Origin: Parcubacteria group bacterium
GTDB taxonomy: Bacteria; Patescibacteriota; Minisyncoccia; Phycocordibacterales; UBA2135
Length of the DNA: 64,000 nt
Assembly: GCA_016204045.1 (NCBI GenBank)
Contig: JACQLQ010000001.1
Coordinates: 106,766 to 170,765 of the forward strand
Direction of reading: 5' to 3'
Made by a program: the position numbers and the translations under genes
The notes under the pieces: generated by a model
What the model saw: the letters and a program-made list of their open reading frames with translations, nothing else
What the model was told of the DNA's origin: nothing
The model's database searches: none
Part shown: positions 46,438-55,397 of the stretch, one piece after another
Layout: the number at the start of each line of letters is the position of its first letter
Position numbering within the stretch: position 1 is the stretch's first letter

Positions 46438-48117
46438 ATGGTACTATCGGTTCAAGTCATGATTCAGGAAAAACTTAAAGAGATGATACAAGAAACGTTG
46501 CGTGAACTCGGCATTGAAGCTGGGGACATTCACTTGGAACATCCGACGGAGTTTGTGCATGGAGATTTTGCGACAAACGTCGCTATGTCCGTGGCAAAAA
46601 AGGCAAAAACAAATCCTAAGGCGCTTGCAGAGCAGATTGTCGCAAAGATAAATGAGAGCAAAGATAAAGATATCGAAAAAGTTGAAGTGGCTGGTCCCGG
46701 CTTCATTAATATCCACCTTTCGCCAGCTTTTTTTGCGGACAGCGTTAAAAAAATCGTGGACCAAGGAGATGTGTGGGGCAAGAATGATGCATTTGTGGGA
46801 AAAAAGGTGATGGTGGAATACACAGACCCAAACCCGTTTAAGGAGTTTCATATCGGACACCTCATGTCGAATGCGATTGGAGAATCCATTGCCCGGCTTA
46901 TTGTATTTGGTGGCGCAGAAGTTAAGAGATCAAATTGGCAGGGTGATGTTGGTCCTCATGTTGCGAAAGCTATTTGGGGAAAGATGCAAAAGCCTGAACT
47001 GAAATGGGGCGAGGCGTATACATATGGAGCAGAACACTATGAAGAGCGGAAAGAAGAAATTAATGGGATCAACGAGAGGGTGTATGCCAAAAGCGACCCG
47101 ACGGTTAACGAGTTATATGAAGAAGGCCGCGCCTCTTCGCTCGCACACTTTGAAGAACTCTATAAAATACTGGGGACATCTTTTGATTATTACTTCTTTG
47201 AGGGAAAAGAGGGACTCTTGGGAAAACCAATTGTCGAAGAGTTTCTAAAGAAAGGCATTTTTGAGGAGAGTGACGGAGCGGTCATTTTTAAGGGCGAGCA
47301 ACACGGTCTCCATACACGTGTCTTCGTGACTTCGCGCGGATTGCCGACCTATGAGGCGAAAGAACTCGGGCTCAACAAAGTAAAGTTTGAAAGGGAGCCG
47401 GATTTGGACCTCTCAATTATCGTAACCGCGAACGAGCAAACTGATTACTTCAGAGTGCTGCTTAAAGTGATTGAGCTTATTTTTCCTATTATTGCTGCAA
47501 AGACAAAACACATTGCTCACGGTGTCATGAAACTTGCCTCGGGCAAGATGTCCTCGCGCAAGGGGAACGTGATAACAGGCGAGTCGCTCATCTCCGACGT
47601 GAGAGCATTGGCGCGGGAAAAGGTTCGAGAGGGAAATCGTGCCCAAGACAATACCGAGGCCCTTGCTGAAGCAATAGCAGTTGCCGCGATCAAATACTCG
47701 ATATTGAGACAAGGAACAGGCAGAGACATCGTCTTCGATTTTGAACAATCCCTCTCCTTTGAGGGCGATTCGGGTCCCTATCTCCAATACACCCATGCGC
47801 GGGCGAAATCGATCTTACGTAAAGCAGGAGAACGCGGGACGGTGTCCACCAAGGAAAACAGAGATGTGGGCGAAGTCGAACGACTACTATATCGTTTCTC
47901 AGAAGTTACAGCGCGCGCTGCGAAAGAGTATGAACCGCATTATGTCACGACGTATCTTACAGAACTCGCGGGAGCGTTCAACACTTTCTATGCGAAAGAA
48001 CGTATTTTAGACGCGGGAGAAGATGCGCCCTATCGCTTGCTTTTGACGCAGGCGGTGGCAACGACACTCAAGAATGGTCTCCACCTCCTGGGCATTAAAG
48101 CACCGGAGGTAATGTAA
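46438..48117 (+). CDS. argS: arginyl-tRNA synthetase
   Basis: EYTDPNPFKEFHIGH (HIGH motif) and a C-terminal anticodon-binding domain, about 559 aa. Confidence 0.85.
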   Translation: MVLSVQVMIQEKLKEMIQETLRELGIEAGDIHLEHPTEFVHGDFATNVAMSVAKKAKTNPKALAEQIVAKINESKDKDIEKVEVAGPGFINIHLSPAFFADSVKKIVDQGDVWGKNDAFVGKKVMVEYTDPNPFKEFHIGHLMSNAIGESIARLIVFGGAEVKRSNWQGDVGPHVAKAIWGKMQKPELKWGEAYTYGAEHYEERKEEINGINERVYAKSDPTVNELYEEGRASSLAHFEELYKILGTSFDYYFFEGKEGLLGKPIVEEFLKKGIFEESDGAVIFKGEQHGLHTRVFVTSRGLPTYEAKELGLNKVKFEREPDLDLSIIVTANEQTDYFRVLLKVIELIFPIIAAKTKHIAHGVMKLASGKMSSRKGNVITGESLISDVRALAREKVREGNRAQDNTEALAEAIAVAAIKYSILRQGTGRDIVFDFEQSLSFEGDSGPYLQYTHARAKSILRKAGERGTVSTKENRDVGEVERLLYRFSEVTARAAKEYEPHYVTTYLTELAGAFNTFYAKERILDAGEDAPYRLLLTQAVATTLKNGLHLLGIKAPEVM

Positions 48118-48237
48118 TCCCGATAGTGTTAACACGAGTATAGAGCGTTCGCTCACTTGGGGCGTATACTATTGGGTAGGATGTTTTACAAGGTATGAAA
48201 ATTACGGTCGTGCAAGCACGACCTAACACTATCGGGA
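48118..48237. repeat. inverted-repeat element, copy 1 (arms tcccgatagtgtta / taacactatcggga flanking ~92 bp)
   Basis: 14-15-nt perfect inverted arms starting at the argS stop codon, with an internal hairpin (cgtgcaagcacg). The arms match those of the element at 58444-58565. Confidence 0.55.
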
Positions 48238-48278
48238 TGTAACAGCACACTTGCAAAAAACGGTTCGAGGCCGATAAT

Positions 48279-48602
48279 GTGGAAAGAGGGTACATGGGGG
48301 CGTATATGGCTGATAAGACCCCAGTTGTTAGATTGCAGTGGGGAAGCAACGGATGGGTTGTCGAAGACGTCACGGAGACGTCTCTCGAGGGGGTTATAGC
48401 CATCCTTACTTTTCTCGTAACCAAAGCGCCACGTTTTGTTGCCTCTTATGGGAACATTCGATTTGCAATGGAATCTCCATTCCCCATTGCAGAGAAGATT
48501 CGCTCCGTGCTTATACCCGTTGTAGAAGGGTGGGCTCTTTGGAGGGCGAACGATAGTTGTCGCGACGATCTTATTTTTACTTTTGAGAAAGGGCCCCAGT
48601 AA
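48279..48602 (+). CDS. hypothetical protein (107 aa)
   Basis: ORF between argS and ileS on the same strand. No motif. Confidence 0.35.
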   Translation: MERGYMGAYMADKTPVVRLQWGSNGWVVEDVTETSLEGVIAILTFLVTKAPRFVASYGNIRFAMESPFPIAEKIRSVLIPVVEGWALWRANDSCRDDLIFTFEKGPQ

Positions 48603-48650
48603 GGCCTTTTTTGTTTTTGCATAATGTCTCGAAACTGGTAGTATTTTAAT

Positions 48651-51600
48651 ATGTCGAAGGCAGAAGATTCTCAAAAAAAGAGCATTGCTGACCTCGAAAG
48701 AGGAATACTCCGCTTCTGGAGTGATAACAAGATTTTTGAGAAGTCCCTTGCCAAGAAGTCTCCTAAGGGCGAGTTTACTTTTTATGATGGCCCTCCTTTT
48801 GCGAATGGCTTGCCCCACTACGGTCACATCCTCACTGGTGTTATTAAAGACGCGATACCTCGTTTCCAAACGATGCGTGGCTATCATGTTAACCGTCGCT
48901 GGGGATGGGATTGCCACGGCCTTCCTGTCGAGTATGAGATAGAAAAAGAACTTGGACTCAAGACAAAGCGCGAGATTGAGGAATACGGCATAGAAAACTT
49001 TAACAAAAAAGCCCGCGAGGCAATCATGCGCTATGCGGGTGATTGGCGCCAAATCATCCCAAAAACAGGGCGGTGGGTTGATATGGATCGCGACTACCGT
49101 ACGATGGACTCGTCGTACACCGAATCAGTGTGGTGGGTCTTCAAGTCGCTCTATGATAAGGGACTCGTTTACGAAGGCTTCAAGCCAATGCACCTTTGTC
49201 CTCGCTGTGAGACAACGCTCTCGAACTTCGAGGTGAGCCAGGGATACAAAGACGTGACCGACATTTCTGTGACGGTGAAGCTACCGTTAAAAAAAGAGCC
49301 GGAAACCTCCCTCCTTATTTGGACTACAACGCCGTGGACACTTCCTGGCAATATGGCTGCGGCGGTTAATCCGAGTACCTCATATATCAAATACAAACTT
49401 CTTGATACCGAGGTCCCCGCGGGGGAGTTTGTTATTATCGCCAAAGATCGAGGTGCCGAGATCCTCAGAGATAAGAAGTACGAAATAGTCGAAGAATTTA
49501 CAGGTGACAAACTTGTAGGTCTTTCTTACACCCCACCCTTTGCCTACTACACGGACGCCACACTAAAGCACAAAGGGCATGCATGGAAGGTATACGCAGC
49601 AGACTATGTTACAACGACTGATGGCACTGGAATTGTGCATCTGGCGCCAGCGTTCGGAGAAGATGACCTAAGGCTCGCAAAAGAAAACGACATACCTGTC
49701 GTGCATCATATTGGAACAGACGGAAGATTCAAAAAAGAAGTTACTGACTTTGTCGGTGAAATGGTAAAGCCCATACAGGATTTGCAGGCAACTGACGTGC
49801 TCGTCTTGAAGAACTTATCTCACCGAGGACTTCTTTTCGCAAAAGAGAAGATTACTCACTCGTATCCGCATTGTTGGCGATGCGATACACCGCTTTTGAA
49901 TTACGCCGCAAGTTCATGGTTTGTAAAAGTGACCGCCATCAAAGATGATCTCATAAAAGCAAACAAGAAAGTTTCATGGGTCCCGGAAGATATTCGTGAC
50001 GGTAGGTTTGGAAAATGGCTCGAGGGTGCGCGCGACTGGGCAGTGTCTCGTTCGCGGTTTTGGGGAGCGCCAATCCCCGCATGGAGATGTCAAAAATGTG
50101 AACGCTTAGAGATCGTCGGCTCACTCACTGAACTGCGAGAGAAGAGTGCGGATTCAGGTAATACGTTCTTCATCATGCGGCACGGCGAGGCGCGAAGTAA
50201 CAAAGAAGGATTTGTGAGCGCCTCCATCCATGCAGGCAACCACCTTACGGAAAAAGGCAAAAAAGAAGTTGATAAAGCAGCGAAGTTTCTGCGGAGACAA
50301 AATATCGATCTCATCATTGCCTCTCCACTCGAACGTACCAAAGAGACAGCGCTTCGCACAGCAAAAAACATCGGGCTCAAAAAAGATAAAGTTATCTTCT
50401 CCGACCTCATTCGAGAGGTGGGCGTTGGTGTGTATGAAGGGAGGCCACTTTCAGAATGGCGTTTACAATTCCCTTCATTGGAAGATAAATTTAAAGTGCG
50501 TCCGGATGGTGGCGAGAACCTGCCCGACTTGAAGGGGCGCGTTACATCTTTCCTCTACGAACTTGAGCGTAAATATACAAATAAGAACATTCTTATTGTT
50601 TCCCATGCTGATCCGCTTTGGGCGCTTTACACGGGGGCACTCGGGTACACGGAAAAACAAGCGATTGAAGCGCATGGGAGAAAGAAGGATTTCATAAAAA
50701 CAGCAGAAGTAAAAAAACTTCCTTTTGCACCATTACCGCATGACGAAATGCATGCACTCGATTTGCACCGCCCCTACGTCGACGAGGTGAAGTTTAAATG
50801 TCTCTGTGGAGGGAAAATGAAGCGCGTACCAGAAGTCTTTGACTGCTGGTTTGAGTCTGGCGCAATGCCGTATGGGCAAATGCACTACCCGTTTGAAAAC
50901 AAAGACACCTTCGATCCAGAAAAGAAACGGGGATTTCCTGCGAACTTTATTGCAGAGGGACTTGATCAAACAAGAGGCTGGTTCTACTCACTTATCGTCC
51001 TTGGGGTTGCGCTCTTTGGAGAGAGCCCATACAAAAACGTCATCACCAACGGTCTCGTTCTCGCGGAAGATGGACGAAAGATGTCGAAACGACTCAAGAA
51101 TTACCCTGAGCCAACAGATATTATGGCGAAGTATGGTGCGGATGCATTGCGTCTCTATCTCATCTCATCTCCTGTAGTACGCGCAGAAGATCTTCGCTTT
51201 AGTGAAGATGGTGTTCGAGAAATACAAAACAAAATAGTGAGTCGCCTTCGAAATGTGGCATCTTTTTACCACACGTATGCCCTTGATGCAGTGAAAGGGA
51301 CGAGTGTTCCAAAGTCAAACAACGTTCTGGATACATGGATCCGTGTGCGTCTTACTGAAGTAGTCAACAAGGTCACAGAGGCGATGGAGCACTACGAGCT
51401 TGATAAAGCCATCCGTCCGATTGGCGAATTTATCGAAGATCTATCGACGTGGTATCTCCGAAGATCGCGCGACCGCTTTAAGTCAAAAGACGATCTTGAC
51501 CGCAAGAATGCAATAGCAACGACGAGCTATGTGCTGACAGAAATTGCCAAACTCATTGCTCCGTTTGCGCCTTTTGTTGCCGAAGAAATATATCAATCTA

Positions 51601-52244
51601 TTACCTCCAACATGGAGAGTGTTCACCTCGAAACGTGGCCCAAGTATGAACCTCGTTTCCCAATCTGGCCCAATCCGATGGCGCTTTTTCACCGTATTTT
51701 CAGATCCCATGGTGACATAAAGATTCTCGAAGACATGGCAGAGGTGCGACGCATTGTGTCAGTGGCTCTCGAAGCTCGCGCAAGCGCGGGTATTAAGGTG
51801 CGTCAACCATTAGGGAAACTTACTGTTAAGAACAGTAAGACAAAAATTGCGGGTAATGAAGATCTGCTCACGCTCATTAAGGATGAGGTTAATGTAAAAG
51901 AAGTTATTTTTGACGCCGCTCTTGTTACAGATGTCGCACTAGACACAGAAATTACCGAGGAGCTTAGAGAGGAAGGAGTCCTTCGCGACCTCGTTCGCGT
52001 TGTGCAAGATCTGCGTAAAAAAGAAGGATTGCATCCTGGAGACTCTGCGACGCTCTTTATACGCGGGGGTGTCCAAGAAGTTCAGTTTATCAAGAAGTTT
52101 GAAGAGCAACTTAAAGACTCAACAACCGTCGGCGTCATTGAGTTTCGAGATGATGTACAAGGGGAGGAGGCGAAGATCGACACATTTTTGTTTGCTTTAG
52201 CTCTAAACACTCCGACGCTTTCGGCATCTACTAAAAACGAATAG
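48651..52244 (+). CDS. ileS: isoleucyl-tRNA synthetase with an inserted histidine-phosphatase (PGAM-like) domain
   Basis: PHYGHILTG (HIGH), editing CP1 domain, KMSKRL (KMSKS) and anticodon-binding domain are all present. An extra ~192 aa (nt ~50156-50730) carries IMRHGEARSN (RHGxxxN) and IVSHADPLW (second catalytic His). It lies between the conserved WRCQKCERLE...ELREKSADS and DLHRPYVDE...VFDCWFESG blocks. Confidence 0.8.
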   Translation: MSKAEDSQKKSIADLERGILRFWSDNKIFEKSLAKKSPKGEFTFYDGPPFANGLPHYGHILTGVIKDAIPRFQTMRGYHVNRRWGWDCHGLPVEYEIEKELGLKTKREIEEYGIENFNKKAREAIMRYAGDWRQIIPKTGRWVDMDRDYRTMDSSYTESVWWVFKSLYDKGLVYEGFKPMHLCPRCETTLSNFEVSQGYKDVTDISVTVKLPLKKEPETSLLIWTTTPWTLPGNMAAAVNPSTSYIKYKLLDTEVPAGEFVIIAKDRGAEILRDKKYEIVEEFTGDKLVGLSYTPPFAYYTDATLKHKGHAWKVYAADYVTTTDGTGIVHLAPAFGEDDLRLAKENDIPVVHHIGTDGRFKKEVTDFVGEMVKPIQDLQATDVLVLKNLSHRGLLFAKEKITHSYPHCWRCDTPLLNYAASSWFVKVTAIKDDLIKANKKVSWVPEDIRDGRFGKWLEGARDWAVSRSRFWGAPIPAWRCQKCERLEIVGSLTELREKSADSGNTFFIMRHGEARSNKEGFVSASIHAGNHLTEKGKKEVDKAAKFLRRQNIDLIIASPLERTKETALRTAKNIGLKKDKVIFSDLIREVGVGVYEGRPLSEWRLQFPSLEDKFKVRPDGGENLPDLKGRVTSFLYELERKYTNKNILIVSHADPLWALYTGALGYTEKQAIEAHGRKKDFIKTAEVKKLPFAPLPHDEMHALDLHRPYVDEVKFKCLCGGKMKRVPEVFDCWFESGAMPYGQMHYPFENKDTFDPEKKRGFPANFIAEGLDQTRGWFYSLIVLGVALFGESPYKNVITNGLVLAEDGRKMSKRLKNYPEPTDIMAKYGADALRLYLISSPVVRAEDLRFSEDGVREIQNKIVSRLRNVASFYHTYALDAVKGTSVPKSNNVLDTWIRVRLTEVVNKVTEAMEHYELDKAIRPIGEFIEDLSTWYLRRSRDRFKSKDDLDRKNAIATTSYVLTEIAKLIAPFAPFVAEEIYQSITSNMESVHLETWPKYEPRFPIWPNPMALFHRIFRSHGDIKILEDMAEVRRIVSVALEARASAGIKVRQPLGKLTVKNSKTKIAGNEDLLTLIKDEVNVKEVIFDAALVTDVALDTEITEELREEGVLRDLVRVVQDLRKKEGLHPGDSATLFIRGGVQEVQFIKKFEEQLKDSTTVGVIEFRDDVQGEEAKIDTFLFALALNTPTLSASTKNE

Positions 52245-52248
52245 TCTT

Positions 52249-52836
52249 GTGTATACCATCTTTCACACTGACGCCATTGTGCTTGGGGGTCAAGATCGCG
52301 GTGAAGCAAGCCGCACACTCGCACTTTTTACACGTGAGCACGGGCTCATACATGCCCACACCCAAGGCCTTCGTGAGCTCAAGTCAAAACTGCGCTACGC
52401 ACTACAGGATTTTTCGTGTGCCCACGTTAACCTTGTACACGGCAAAAACGGTTGGAAAGTGACAAGCGCCATCCACAAGCGCTCATTTCTACCTGGGGGT
52501 GAAGAGAAGGCGCGACTAGGGGCTATTGTACGTGTCTCAAAACTTCTACGTCGCTTGCTTCCAGGAGAAGAGAAAAACGAAACGTTATATGACGAGATTC
52601 TTGAGACTTTTTCCGTAATTAAAAACACACCTCTTAGTGCTGAATATGTTTTTAACATCGAAGTAATACTTGTCATGCGCATCCTCGCGCTCCTTGGGTA
52701 TTGGGGCGACGATGCTCGGTTTGCTCCTTTTTTGGAAAAAGGCACAACAAGGGAGGAGTTACTCCAACAAATGATGAATATAAAACCTTTTGCTATTCGC
52801 GAAATCAACAAAGCGCTTAAGGAGACACAATTATAG
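52249..52836 (+). CDS. recO: DNA repair protein RecO-like
   Basis: N-terminal OB-fold pattern (DAIVLGGQDRGEASRTLALFTREHGLI). Shorter than canonical RecO, with no obvious zinc finger. Confidence 0.55.
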   Translation: MYTIFHTDAIVLGGQDRGEASRTLALFTREHGLIHAHTQGLRELKSKLRYALQDFSCAHVNLVHGKNGWKVTSAIHKRSFLPGGEEKARLGAIVRVSKLLRRLLPGEEKNETLYDEILETFSVIKNTPLSAEYVFNIEVILVMRILALLGYWGDDARFAPFLEKGTTREELLQQMMNIKPFAIREINKALKETQL

Positions 52837-52916
52837 TTGGCCCTGGGGGGTCGTATTCAAAACAGTCGCCTTAGTTAGGCGACTGTTTTTAAATTAAAAA
52901 CCCGCCTGTAGCGGGG

Positions 52917-53351
52917 TTATGGGGCGGGGAGAACTTTCGTATTCTCTCCCCACGTGAGGATGTATACATTTTTTTGGACATAGACTTCGAAGCGCGTCGC
53001 GCCTGGGTCTGCGTAGCGGCCGTGCACAAAGCGGAAAGGCACAAGCTCATCATCGATCGTCACGACGACATCTTCACCCAGTTGCCGTACAATCGTAATC
53101 ACGCCATTGACCGTTTGACACCCAGATTCTTCGAATACCGAGCGCATTGCATTGAGCCCAAAACGTTTTAGGGTGTTTAGCACGCTGGAGGCCGCTTCTT
53201 CATCGAAACAGGCAAAATAGACGTCATCGGTTAAATGTTTTTGTTGACCGATGATATAAGGACCTTCGTGTTCAGCATTTACGACCGGTGTCCAGAGTAG
53301 CATCGCGATGCCAACGACCGTCACCTTGAGCAGGGACTGCAAGATGCGCAC
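52917..53351 (-). CDS. secreted hypothetical protein
   Basis: Signal peptide MRILQSLLKVTVVGIAMLLWTPVVNA. Flanked by terminators. Confidence 0.4.
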   Translation of the reverse strand: MRILQSLLKVTVVGIAMLLWTPVVNAEHEGPYIIGQQKHLTDDVYFACFDEEAASSVLNTLKRFGLNAMRSVFEESGCQTVNGVITIVRQLGEDVVVTIDDELVPFRFVHGRYADPGATRFEVYVQKNVYILTWGENTKVLPAP

Positions 53352-53442
53352 GGCTTTTCCTCAAGACCAGTACCTAAAAGTTAGCGTATACCCACACTAA
53401 GGCTTTTGCAAACAAAAACCACTACGCAGGGGCGTAATGGTT

Positions 53443-53643
53443 TTAGCGGATTGAAAGGTGCTTCCCTGCCTTAATACACTTTGTGCAGGCCTTCATTCTC
53501 TTACCTGAAAGTAATTTTGCCCATTGCAAATTAGGCTGTCTTCGACGCTTTCCTGTTGGGTTGAACTGTGTCGCACGGACCCTGTTAGAGTAACCGCCGC
53601 CCATACTAGATTTTTTTTCGCACAATGGACAGATTTTTGCCAT
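53443..53643 (-). CDS. rpmB: 50S ribosomal protein L28
   Basis: MAKICPLCEKK...NRVRATQFNPTGKRRRQPNLQ fits the L28 pattern (C-x-x-C, N.S, RRF.PNL). Confidence 0.65.
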   Translation of the reverse strand: MAKICPLCEKKSSMGGGYSNRVRATQFNPTGKRRRQPNLQWAKLLSGKRMKACTKCIKAGKHLSIR

Positions 53644-53720
53644 AGAAGACTTGGCGGGCAAGTTAGTACGTTCTCTGCTTTGCCCGTTCGTTCCCAAGAT
53701 GCTATCATACCTAAGTAAAT

Positions 53721-54392
53721 ATGGCAATTGAGCTTCTCATTCCCCTTGTTTTGATCCTCATTATCTCGGTCGTCGCACATGAGGTGTCGCACGGGTATAT
53801 GGCCGAGATGTTGGGAGATCCCACCGCTCGTCTAGAGGGACGCCTCACCCTCAATCCACTGAAGCATCTTGATTTGTGGGGCTCCATCTTGATCCCGCTT
53901 CTCCTTATCGTCACGAAGGCCGGGTTTCTTATTGGGTGGGCAAAACCAGTACCGTATAATCCATATAATCTTCGCGACCAGAGGTGGGGAGAGGCAAAGG
54001 TGGCCATTGCGGGCCCCCTCGTCAATCTGTGTATCGCGCTTGTTTTCGGACTCCTAATTCGTTTTGGTGCACAAGGTGGGCTTCTCTCAAGTGTTGCCCC
54101 TGAAGTAGTGCATCTGCTCGCGTTCGTGGTGTACATAAACCTCTTGCTCGCATTTTTTAACCTCATCCCAATCCCGCCGCTCGACGGGTCAAAGGTGTTG
54201 GCGGCAATTTTACCCTTTCATCTAGCAGAGCGATATCGCGCGTTAATGGAGTGGGCACTACAATACGGCTTTTTTGTCACCATTGCGTTTGTTTTCTTAT
54301 TCCTCTATTTCCTCTGGCCGTTCTTCTTCGCATTTCTCACAATGCTTTTCGAGATCATTACAGACATTCCTTTCGAGGTGTTTTTGGGGTAG
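53721..54392 (+). CDS. site-2 protease family (M50) membrane zinc metalloprotease
   Basis: HEVSHG (HExxH) inside the first transmembrane helix, multiple transmembrane segments and the LDG motif (PIPPLDGSK). Confidence 0.75.
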   Translation: MAIELLIPLVLILIISVVAHEVSHGYMAEMLGDPTARLEGRLTLNPLKHLDLWGSILIPLLLIVTKAGFLIGWAKPVPYNPYNLRDQRWGEAKVAIAGPLVNLCIALVFGLLIRFGAQGGLLSSVAPEVVHLLAFVVYINLLLAFFNLIPIPPLDGSKVLAAILPFHLAERYRALMEWALQYGFFVTIAFVFLFLYFLWPFFFAFLTMLFEIITDIPFEVFLG

Positions 54393-54466
54393 GGGGTTTG
54401 CATTTTGAAACGCCTTGCTTTATAGTACCTAGTACTTGGCTTCCGTGCCGAGTTTTGTTTTAGCGC

Positions 54467-54877
54467 ATGGCAACAATAAACCAACTGATTAAAAGACCGA
54501 GAAGGACACCAAAGAGAAAGTCCAAAACACCCGCAATCGCGCGTGGTTTCAACACGCTCAAGAACAGGCCGGTCTTTTACCCATCTCCTTTTAAGCGTGG
54601 TGTGTGTGTGCAGGTTCGTACCACAACCCCTCGTAAACCGAACTCTGCGGTCCGAAAGATTGCACGTGTACGCCTTACTAATGGTCAGGAAATTACAGCG
54701 TACATCCCCGGAGAAGGACACAACCTTCAGGAACACTCCGTGGTCCTAGTTCGCGGCGGAAAGGTTAAGGACATCGGCGTTCGCTACACGATCGTTCGCG
54801 GTATTCTTGATGCGGCCGGTGTTGATAAGAGGCGCCAGGCAAGAAGTCTGTACGGCGCGAAGCGTCCCAAGAAATAA
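54467..54877 (+). CDS. rpsL: 30S ribosomal protein S12
   Basis: [12 protein letters not shown]..., KPNSAVRK and [11 protein letters not shown]. Confidence 0.95.
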   Translation: MATINQLIKRPRRTPKRKSKTPAIARGFNTLKNRPVFYPSPFKRGVCVQVRTTTPRKPNSAVRKIARVRLTNGQEITAYIPGEGHNLQEHSVVLVRGGKVKDIGVRYTIVRGILDAAGVDKRRQARSLYGAKRPKK

Positions 54878-54897
54878 ATCAAAACTCCTAAGTAACA

Positions 54898-55368
54898 ATG
54901 AGGCGTCCAGTAAAAAAACGACATATCGTACCAGCCGATTACAAATACAATTCTCAAAAGATTGAGAAGTTTGTTAACTATGTAATGAAAGACGGCGAAA
55001 AGACCGTTGCAAGGAAAGTCGTATACGGAGCACTCGACGAGATTGCCAAGAAGGTTAAGACAGACAACCCACTTGAGGTGTTTGATAAGGCAATCAAAAA
55101 CATTGGTCCGACAGTCGAGGTGAGAACGCGCCGCATTGGTGGCGCGAACTACCAAGTACCACGCGAGGTCAAAACCGATCGACGTCTCGCGCTTGCTATG
55201 CGCTGGCTTCTTCTCGCCGCGCGTGGCAAGAAAGGGCGCCCCATACACATAAAGCTTGCCGATGAGATTATCGCCGCTTCAAACAACGAAGGTGAGGCGG
55301 TGCAGAAGAAAGCGAATGTTCACAAAATGGCCGAAGCCAACAAGGCGTTTGCCCACTTTACGTGGTAA
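54898..55368 (+). CDS. rpsG: 30S ribosomal protein S7
   Basis: Conserved S7 sequence and the str-operon position. Confidence 0.9.
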   Translation: MRRPVKKRHIVPADYKYNSQKIEKFVNYVMKDGEKTVARKVVYGALDEIAKKVKTDNPLEVFDKAIKNIGPTVEVRTRRIGGANYQVPREVKTDRRLALAMRWLLLAARGKKGRPIHIKLADEIIAASNNEGEAVQKKANVHKMAEANKAFAHFTW

Positions 55369-55397
55369 TTTGAACGGCTTTACGACCGAATATTTTT

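Noticed and set aside
48186-49052. 288-aa minus-strand ORF overlapping the IR element, the 48279 ORF and the start of ileS
   Set aside because: It is antisense to better-supported features and has no motif. It is likely spurious.
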